From IMG/VR virus record IMGVR_UViG_3300002138_000056: a stretch of 38,629 bases of DNA; one strand, written 5' to 3'. Below, piece by piece: positions 28,266 through 34,059 of the stretch. The first letter of the stretch is position 1; each line of letters begins with the position of its first letter. The DNA comes from a virus. Below the pieces are notes generated by a model that ran no database searches, was not told the DNA's origin, and saw only the letters and a program-made list of their open reading frames with translations. The position numbers were made by a program, and so were the translations under genes.

Positions 28266-28579
28266 GTGTTCTTCTCCTTGAGTTTGGCTTCAACAGCTTC
28301 AACACATCTGCTCCATACATCTATTTTCAAATAACAGTCGTGTTTCTCCTCCTCCGTCAATCCTACCCACGGGCGCTGTTGTGCGGACGACTCTCTGAAG
28401 CACTTGTCAAAGTAGTCCTCGTACATCTTCTTTATTTCGGGATGCATTGGCGCCTGTTCCGGTTCCACAAGCGCAGCACGTAGGTTGTTTATTGCACCTA
28501 CGTCAATCTTATCCTTTCCAAAAACATCCTCCAGCGTTTCCAAAGCCGCTTGCGCGGCGGCTCTTAAATTGTCAGTCAT
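28262..28579 (-). CDS. Hypothetical protein with a WVGLTEEE motif (105 aa from ATG 28579)
   Basis: The start at 28579 gives the ATGACTGA overlap with the upstream stop. The track's start at 28594 would overlap by 23 nt. Confidence 0.6.
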   Translation of the reverse strand: MTDNLRAAAQAALETLEDVFGKDKIDVGAINNLRAALVEPEQAPMHPEIKKMYEDYFDKCFRESSAQQRPWVGLTEEEKHDCYLKIDVWSRCVEAVEAKLKEKNT

Positions 28580-28787
28580 CTTTCTTCTCCTCAATCTTTA
28601 CAGACTCAAGAAACTGCGTCAGCGTGTAAACGCAAGGCAATATCAGGTCTCGGCAAATATCGTCGTTTACTTGTCGCTCCGTCATGCCCTGCGCTAACAG
28701 TTTAAGCGCCCCGATGCGCTCGCTGACCACAGTATCCAGACGGTCAAAATCAAGCCTCTTTACGGTTTCGATGTTTTCGTACTTCAT
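28572..28787 (-). CDS. Hypothetical protein (71 aa)
   Basis: An ATGA-coupled ORF in the early leftward operon. Confidence 0.55.
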   Translation of the reverse strand: MKYENIETVKRLDFDRLDTVVSERIGALKLLAQGMTERQVNDDICRDLILPCVYTLTQFLESVKIEEKKDD

Positions 28788-29038
28788 ACATCCTCCGCTA
28801 TTCTTAGTTTAATTTCTTCCGCTTGCTTTAGTATTTCCTTGATCTCAATGCCTTCGGCATCGTTCTGTTTTGCCCAGCAGTTTAAGCCGCGCTTGAGACA
28901 AGCGATTACTGCTGGTGTAAGTTCAATTTTCATTCCTTTGTTTGGCGGCAACACATTAGCCCCCTGCGCGACCATGCGCTTGTATTCCGTTTTGCTGTGC
29001 GCTTGGATCGGCGCACTAATTGCGTCGTTGTTGTTCAT
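28784..29038 (-). CDS. Hypothetical protein (84 aa)
   Basis: An ORF in the early leftward operon with RBS-like GGAGCC upstream. Confidence 0.55.
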   Translation of the reverse strand: MNNNDAISAPIQAHSKTEYKRMVAQGANVLPPNKGMKIELTPAVIACLKRGLNCWAKQNDAEGIEIKEILKQAEEIKLRIAEDV

Positions 29039-29048
29039 TTTTTGGCTC

Positions 29049-29627
29049 CTAAAAAAACTCCCTCAAAATTGGCGCACGTTTCTTGTCTCTCAACTTTCGC
29101 AAAGCCTTACTCTCGATAGCCCGGATTCGTTCTTTTGACAATCCGTGATGATTCCCAACCTCCTGAAGCGTTAAATCTTTTTCAAATCGTTCTACTAAAA
29201 TATCTTTTTCTCGCGGTTTGAGCGTTCCCAAAACCTCATTCACGATTGCAGATGTTTCTGCCGCCAGCAGTGATTCCTCTGGAGACGGTAGGTAATCTGT
29301 TCGGCTCTTTTGTTCTAGCAAATGCTGCACGAGGTTTGCATCGATGGCCCGCTCACCGCTATTGGTTTTGAGCTTGATAGTAAGTTGTTGCTCCGTCCAA
29401 AGGTCGGTGGGTGCCGCGCCAAGCACCTCCATAATTAACTTTGCGTTCTGCGAAAACTCTCCGCTTTGCAAGATTGGCGCTTCTCGCATTGCGACGAGGT
29501 TGTTGATCCTGCCGATACCGATTTCGCAAGCCCGCTCGAATTCGGCAACCGAAACGTAACCTTGTGCTTCGATTGCCGACAACAACAAATTGTTGCGTAC
29601 GCTGACTTTGAGTCTAAATTCTTTCAT
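29049..29627 (-). CDS. Sigma-70 region 3/4-like DNA-binding protein lacking region 2, with an N-terminal HTH-like domain
   Basis: The C-terminus LKPREKDILVERFEKDLTLQEVGNHHGLSKERIRAIESKALRKLRDK closely parallels primary-sigma regions 4.1/4.2 (compare [30 protein letters not shown]). No region 2 (core-binding and -10 recognition) sequence is present in the 192 aa. Confidence 0.6.
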   Translation of the reverse strand: MKEFRLKVSVRNNLLLSAIEAQGYVSVAEFERACEIGIGRINNLVAMREAPILQSGEFSQNAKLIMEVLGAAPTDLWTEQQLTIKLKTNSGERAIDANLVQHLLEQKSRTDYLPSPEESLLAAETSAIVNEVLGTLKPREKDILVERFEKDLTLQEVGNHHGLSKERIRAIESKALRKLRDKKRAPILREFF

Positions 29628-29628
29628 T

Positions 29629-29934
29629 TTAGAACGCTATTTCGTCGTCAATATCAGCAAAAGTTTTAAGTTCTTTTTTTGGTTCTATTTTTTGCTCTAC
29701 AGGCTGCGATGCCTTTGCCAACTCTAAAACTTTCACTTGAAACGCCGCATTGATATAAGCGTGATTCCAGTATTTGCCAGTAGCTGCATTCTTTGTGCTC
29801 GGCATAGAAACAAACTCACCTTTTTGTGACTGCTGAATTCGACAGCCTTTCAACTCCAGGAACGCATCTTTGCCTTCCGACGAATGCAGGTTGATGTTGA
29901 AACTACGGTCGTGCCAAACGATTGAAATGTGCAT
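29629..29934 (-). CDS. Small SSB-like protein (101 aa) with an acidic-aromatic C-terminal tip
   Basis: It ends in ...FADIDDEIAF, like the E. coli SSB tip DFDDDIPF and the acidic Phe-terminal tail of T7 gp2.5. It lies directly downstream of the ERF and exonuclease genes. The core LELKGCRIQQSQKGEFVSMPSTK...GKYWNHAY resembles a SpoVG-like beta pattern. Confidence 0.45.
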   Translation of the reverse strand: MHISIVWHDRSFNINLHSSEGKDAFLELKGCRIQQSQKGEFVSMPSTKNAATGKYWNHAYINAAFQVKVLELAKASQPVEQKIEPKKELKTFADIDDEIAF

Positions 29935-30551
29935 TATTTAACCTTTTTGAGTTGAGATAACATTTTGTCCACGGTGTCCAAAAAGGCGACAACCGCAGTT
30001 TCCAGTTCAAGAATACGCGCTGGATCACGCTTAAAACGAACGATGAACAATTGTAAATGCTCCGGCAGGTCAGGACGGAAACTGACGAAATCGCACCAAT
30101 CCCTGCCGGTTACCGCCATCTGCCACATCATCTGGTTGCGATAGGCTGCCGGGACAACACCGGCCAGCAGGTAAGCCAAATGGGTGCTGACCTTTGGACA
30201 TTTGATCTCCACTTCTCCTGAATTGCCTACCAAGCCATCAGGAGAAGCACCAGCGCGTTCAATTGTCGGATGGATACATAACCCTACCTCATCCACCGAA
30301 AACCCTGTCTCGGCTTCGTAGGCGCTTCGGGCAAGCGGTTCCGTATCTGAGCCGAACTGCATGTGGACGTTGGTGTAATCTGACCCTTGAGGCTTGCCGG
30401 TCAGAATCTCCGCAACGAGCTGTGCCTGGTAATCCCTAAACCCCGCTGTTTCTGGCTTCATAAGCACATTTGAAATCATGCTGGCAGTAACCCGTCCGGC
30501 ACGAGCTGCGAGCCATTCTGGTGTGCCTTGCACTGCATCAATGACTTTCAT
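29934..30551 (-). CDS. YqaJ-type (lambda Exo-like) recombination exonuclease
   Basis: 205 aa. The N-terminal GTPEWLAARAGRVTASMISNVL is the YqaJ family signature. It is ATGA-coupled to the annealase gene. Confidence 0.8.
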   Translation of the reverse strand: MKVIDAVQGTPEWLAARAGRVTASMISNVLMKPETAGFRDYQAQLVAEILTGKPQGSDYTNVHMQFGSDTEPLARSAYEAETGFSVDEVGLCIHPTIERAGASPDGLVGNSGEVEIKCPKVSTHLAYLLAGVVPAAYRNQMMWQMAVTGRDWCDFVSFRPDLPEHLQLFIVRFKRDPARILELETAVVAFLDTVDKMLSQLKKVK

Positions 30552-31132
30552 GCCGCCTCCAGAGCAGTTTTGCGGTTGTTTTTTGCTCCGGTAAGGATGG
30601 CCATTGCAACTGTATCTTGAGCAACTTGTGCGGCTTTGTATGCGGATTTAAAGGCAGTTTGCAATGCGTCCATCGAGCCAGCATCTTGCAATGTTTTTAG
30701 GAAATAAGTGCAATCCATAGCAATTTTTGGCTTTGCAGCACTGGCCGCGTTCCCGTCGTCGTCTAGCTCGGTGGAAACACCTGCGGCGGCAGACAAACTA
30801 TAACGACGACAATAAGTCAATGCCGACCCGTATCCCTGAGCGTCAACTTTAGACACAGGCAAGGCCAACACTCCGCAGGAGATCCATTCACCAGAAGCGT
30901 GGAGAAGGGTTGTCTCTACCCGCACCTCGTCTTTTTCGCTTGGCTCGACGGTCTGGATGTAGCTCAAACCGTTAGCACTGAATGCTGCTCGAATGGCTTC
31001 AACTACGCTGGCAAGGTCAGCATAGCGACTTTTGAAAAACGGGTTTGCAGAGTCTTTGATAGCTCCCTTCATGGCTCCCTGCGCTTTTGCTAATGCTGCC
31101 GCCAATTCTTTGATGCTTTCTGATTTAGTCAT
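30548..31132 (-). CDS. ERF-family single-strand annealing protein
   Basis: 194 aa. IKELAAALAKAQGAMKGAIKDSANPFFKSRYADLASVVEAIR and CRRYSL are characteristic of the ERF superfamily. Confidence 0.8.
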   Translation of the reverse strand: MTKSESIKELAAALAKAQGAMKGAIKDSANPFFKSRYADLASVVEAIRAAFSANGLSYIQTVEPSEKDEVRVETTLLHASGEWISCGVLALPVSKVDAQGYGSALTYCRRYSLSAAAGVSTELDDDGNAASAAKPKIAMDCTYFLKTLQDAGSMDALQTAFKSAYKAAQVAQDTVAMAILTGAKNNRKTALEAA

Positions 31133-31141
31133 ATTATTCCT

Positions 31142-31234
31142 TTAATTATAAAATAATGCTGCAAGAATTAGCGCACCGCAAAGTACGCCCATGCCGACCC
31201 ACTCGATTGTTTCAATAAAGTTACTCAAAATCAT
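31142..31234 (-). CDS. 30-aa single-TM micro-ORF
   Basis: Hand-translated as MILSNFIETIEWVGMGVLCGALILAALFYN. Its start lies inside the last codons of the upstream gene, and it ends 9 nt before the ERF start. Confidence 0.3.
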   Translation of the reverse strand: MILSNFIETIEWVGMGVLCGALILAALFYN

Positions 31235-31598
31235 CCTCCGCGTATTCAGCGGCAATATCATTTACGATATCCGAATCCCTAAAATGATTTTCTAGCATTT
31301 CTTTTATTGTTTCCTGCTCGCGCCGAATGCGGTCTGATACATCTCTTCCAGTAACGCAGCCAATATACATTTCAAGGAAATAACTAGGGTCGCGCTCTTC
31401 CAGCAGGAAATCGTAAAGATCAAACTCTGATTTTTTGAATTTGCCTTTGACCGGTTGCGGCCACATTCCGCAGTCCATTACGGTTTCCACCACGCCTTCC
31501 AGCGCCAGCTCGTGATGCCTAGCCGTGGGCTTGGCAGGTTGGTTCGGATAGCAACGCGGGCAATCCGTGGCACCGCACATGCAACGCTCGGCGGTCAT
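31221..31598 (-). CDS. Hypothetical protein (125 aa) with an N-terminal Cys cluster and a strongly acidic C-terminal half
   Basis: CMCGATDCPRCYP at the N-terminus. By my count the last 70 aa hold about 21 Asp/Glu against about 8 Lys/Arg. Confidence 0.6.
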   Translation of the reverse strand: MTAERCMCGATDCPRCYPNQPAKPTARHHELALEGVVETVMDCGMWPQPVKGKFKKSEFDLYDFLLEERDPSYFLEMYIGCVTGRDVSDRIRREQETIKEMLENHFRDSDIVNDIAAEYAEDDFE

Positions 31599-31816
31599 GC
31601 TGCCACTTCTATTGCGTTGCGAATCACATCCAATGCGGGAGCATCTTGGGCAAATATCAAAGAACCAGCATGTAATGCCGCGCCGGTAGCTAAATGTTTT
31701 TCTATGTCAATCAGTATTGTCAACATAGTGTCTTTTTGCAAAGCAGCAGCAAGCGCGGTGCAAACCTGCATTCCTTTGGTAACGTATTGTGTGTTGTTGT
31801 GCATGTCGATCTCCAT
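31595..31816 (-). CDS. Hypothetical protein (73 aa)
   Basis: An ORF with GGAG upstream, second gene of the leftward operon. Confidence 0.55.
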   Translation of the reverse strand: MEIDMHNNTQYVTKGMQVCTALAAALQKDTMLTILIDIEKHLATGAALHAGSLIFAQDAPALDVIRNAIEVAA

Positions 31817-31879
31817 TTATTAGCCAGACGCGCTCTGGCGGCGTATTCCGAAGCCCCCGCGTTGGCAGGGGCAGAAGAA

Positions 31880-32041
31880 TCAGGCGTTAAGATTTTCCAA
31901 TGCTTCCTTTTTTGTATGCCCGAAGGCAACTTTTTCTCCGATCTGCGCTTGCCAGTCGCAAATCCCTAAAGCGATTTGTTTATCAAGAGAAAAGTCACGA
32001 GTGAAGGTATTAGGGATTTCAAAGCATTCGATTTGGTTCAT
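31880..32041 (-). CDS. 53-aa first gene of the leftward operon (HicB/UPF0150-like fold possible)
   Basis: Hand-translated as MNQIECFEIPNTFTRDFSLDKQIALGICDWQAQIGEKVAFGHTKKEALENLNA, with a strong SD (AGGAGAAACAAAATG). The W-x-A-x-I-x...G-x-T-x-x-EA-x-x-N pattern resembles HicB-like domains. Confidence 0.5.
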   Translation of the reverse strand: MNQIECFEIPNTFTRDFSLDKQIALGICDWQAQIGEKVAFGHTKKEALENLNA

Positions 32042-32067
32042 TTTGTTTCTCCTGGTTGGTAGTGCGT

Positions 32068-32096
32068 TTGCAAGCTGGTATGTAAAGGATTATAAT
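32068..32096 (+). promoter_or_regulatory. Rightward early promoter (sigma70-type)
   Basis: -35 TTGCAA (32068-32073), a 17-nt spacer, then a perfect -10 TATAAT (32091-32096). It lies upstream of the Cro-like gene. Confidence 0.7.
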
Positions 32097-32116
32097 GCGT
32101 TCACCAACATTTGCAA
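32089..32116 (-). promoter_or_regulatory. Leftward early promoter (sigma70-type) sharing its -10 region with the rightward promoter
   Basis: On the minus strand: -35 TTGCAA (32116-32111), a 16-nt spacer, then -10 TATAAT (complement of 32089-32094). Confidence 0.65.
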
Positions 32117-32175
32117 CATATATTTACAACTATTTAAAGATATATTTATATCTAAATGAAATCAAAGGGTTACAT

Positions 32176-32379
32176 ATGAAAACTAACGATGTTTTGACGC
32201 ATTTTGGTGGGAAACGAGCGACTGCGGAGGCTTTAGGGCTGTCAACTCAGGCGGTACAAGCGTGGAAAAGTATCATTCCGCAGAAACAGGCTTGGCGTAT
32301 TGACCGCCTCACAAACGGGGTGCTGAAAATCGACGAGTCTTTATATGCAACGGGTCGTGACAAATCAGTTGTCACGTGA
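32176..32379 (+). CDS. Cro / YdaS-like HTH DNA-binding protein (67 aa)
   Basis: MKTNDVLTHFGGKRATAEALGLSTQAVQAWKSIIPQKQAWRIDRLTNG matches the Cro/YdaS-type HTH pattern. RBS AAAGGG. It is the first gene downstream of the rightward promoter. Confidence 0.65.
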   Translation: MKTNDVLTHFGGKRATAEALGLSTQAVQAWKSIIPQKQAWRIDRLTNGVLKIDESLYATGRDKSVVT

Positions 32380-32385
32380 CAAGTC

Positions 32386-33573
32386 ATGCAAAACACAATT
32401 GAATTTGGTGATTGCCGCGAGACCATGCGGCGCTGGAAAGAGCAGGGCGTGAAGGCGCAAACCTGTGTAACCTCACCGCCTTATTACGGATTGCGTGATT
32501 ACGGCACTGCAAAATGGAATGGTGGTGATGTTAATTGTGACCATTCCATATCTATGCCAACGAAATGGAATGACCCTAAGCGCGGAACAAGCGTCCTGAG
32601 ACCTGAAACATCACACCGTGGTGGGTCTTCTGCCAATTGCCACAAATGCGGTGCTACAAGGATTGATTCACAAATAGGTTTAGAAGAGACCCCAGACGAA
32701 TACATCAAGGCGATGGTCGAGGTGTTCCGTTGCGTTTGGGATGTGCTGGATGATGATGGGACGCTGTGGATGAACATTGGGGATTCGTACTTTAGCGACA
32801 CAAAAGGAAGTGGCGGACCAAGCGCAAAGCAGGATAGAAATGGCGGTTCGCGTTATGAGTCGAAGAAGTTTCAGCGCACAAATGGAATCAAGCCCAAAGA
32901 CCTTATCGGCATACCGTGGATGCTTGCCTTTGCCCTACGCGCAGACGGCTGGTATCTACGTCAGGACATCATCTGGCACAAGCCAAACCCCATGCCTGAG
33001 AGCGTGCGCGACCGCTGCACCAAGGCACATGAATATATCTTTCTTTTGAGCAAGTCGCAGAAATACTATTTTGATAATGAGGCGATTGCCGAGCCATTGG
33101 CGGCGTCAAGTGTTGCGCGTCTGGCGCAACCGACATTGGCGCAACAAGCCGGAAGCGATAGGGTGCCGGGCAAGACGAACGGCAACATGAAGGCTGTGGG
33201 GCCACGCTTCGGGGGCAATAAATACGGCGATGATGATAGTGAGGAAAGTCGCACAAAAAGCGGCAACGAGTGGGTACAAAACGAGACAGGGCGGCGCAAC
33301 AAGCGCAGCGTTTGGACGGTCACCACCAAACCTTACAAGGGCGCACACTTTGCCACATTCCCACCCGACCTGATTACGCCTTGCATCCTAGCTGGTGCGC
33401 CTGCTGGCGGGATAGTCCTAGACCCGTTCATGGGTAGCGGCACAACGGCTGCTGTGGCAATAGCTAACGGTCGAAACTATTTGGGGTGCGAACTCAATTC
33501 GGCATACAAAGAGTTACAGGACATCCGTATACGAGATGCACATTTAGGAACCGCACAAATGGAGCTAATTTGA
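32386..33573 (+). CDS. DNA methyltransferase (N4/N6 family, beta-class order, SPPY motif IV)
   Basis: CVTSPPYYGLRDY (motif IV) comes before VLDPFMGSGTTAAVA (motif I, AdoMet binding). There is an inserted Cys-containing segment (CDH...CHKCG). Confidence 0.85.
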   Translation: MQNTIEFGDCRETMRRWKEQGVKAQTCVTSPPYYGLRDYGTAKWNGGDVNCDHSISMPTKWNDPKRGTSVLRPETSHRGGSSANCHKCGATRIDSQIGLEETPDEYIKAMVEVFRCVWDVLDDDGTLWMNIGDSYFSDTKGSGGPSAKQDRNGGSRYESKKFQRTNGIKPKDLIGIPWMLAFALRADGWYLRQDIIWHKPNPMPESVRDRCTKAHEYIFLLSKSQKYYFDNEAIAEPLAASSVARLAQPTLAQQAGSDRVPGKTNGNMKAVGPRFGGNKYGDDDSEESRTKSGNEWVQNETGRRNKRSVWTVTTKPYKGAHFATFPPDLITPCILAGAPAGGIVLDPFMGSGTTAAVAIANGRNYLGCELNSAYKELQDIRIRDAHLGTAQMELI

Positions 33574-33806
33574 TGGATTGTCTTGGCTGCAATTTTATAG
33601 AAACATCTTCAGTCACTCTGAGAGATGGCAGGATAGTATGCTCAAGTTGCGAGGCATGGAGACTGGAATGTGAAGCTCGGTTTGTGCTGACAAAGCCGGA
33701 TGCTGAAAAACGCGTTTACCTGGAAGCAATCGGCAAGAAGCGTGGCGAGGCGGCGCGGCAGGAGCTGCGGCAGGAAATGATTGCCCTACAACGCGCATCA
33801 AAATAA
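33573..33806 (+). CDS. Zinc-ribbon hypothetical protein (77 aa)
   Basis: MDCLGCNF...CSSCEAW, with the start overlapping the methyltransferase stop (TGATG). The track's longer version (33486) reads through the methyltransferase's 3' end. Confidence 0.55.
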   Translation: MDCLGCNFIETSSVTLRDGRIVCSSCEAWRLECEARFVLTKPDAEKRVYLEAIGKKRGEAARQELRQEMIALQRASK

Positions 33807-33826
33807 TTGTTGCGCGGTCTTGTGTT

Positions 33827-33863
33827 TGTGTATATGATTATTACCGTCACAATCACATACACA
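33827..33863. repeat. Imperfect 13-bp inverted repeat with an 11-bp spacer (putative operator or RNA hairpin)
   Basis: TGTGTATATGATT (33827-33839) and AATCACATACACA (33851-33863), with 12 of 13 positions complementary. It ends immediately before the RBS of 33872..34057. Confidence 0.6.
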
Positions 33864-33871
33864 GGAAAACA

Positions 33872-34057
33872 ATGAACAAATTTAGAATCAAAGCTGCTGC
33901 TAGTGGGTTGACCCATTACATAGGCAAGCAATGTAAAACTTGCGGAAACGCATCGAAATATACAAGCACCGGAAATTGTGTGGCTTGTACCAAGGCATCG
34001 GTTGTCCAGCACAGGCAAAAGATTAAACATTTACTTAATCTTTCAAAGGATGCCTAA
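33872..34057 (+). CDS. Zinc-ribbon hypothetical protein (61 aa)
   Basis: GKQCKTCGNASKYTSTGNCVAC (CxxC-N11-CxxC), with RBS AGGA. Confidence 0.55.
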   Translation: MNKFRIKAAASGLTHYIGKQCKTCGNASKYTSTGNCVACTKASVVQHRQKIKHLLNLSKDA

Positions 34058-34059
34058 CT

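Noticed and set aside
32095-32175. N-terminal extension of the Cro-like ORF (track start at 32095)
   Set aside because: That ATG lies inside the -10 hexamer of the rightward promoter, so it would not be on the transcript. The extension is an AT-rich Tyr/Leu/Ile string. ATG 32176 has an RBS and starts the HTH domain.
33486-33572. 5' extension of the zinc-ribbon ORF into the methyltransferase gene
   Set aside because: This is an out-of-frame overlap with the conserved C-terminal motif region of the methyltransferase. ATG 33573 gives the usual TGATG coupling.
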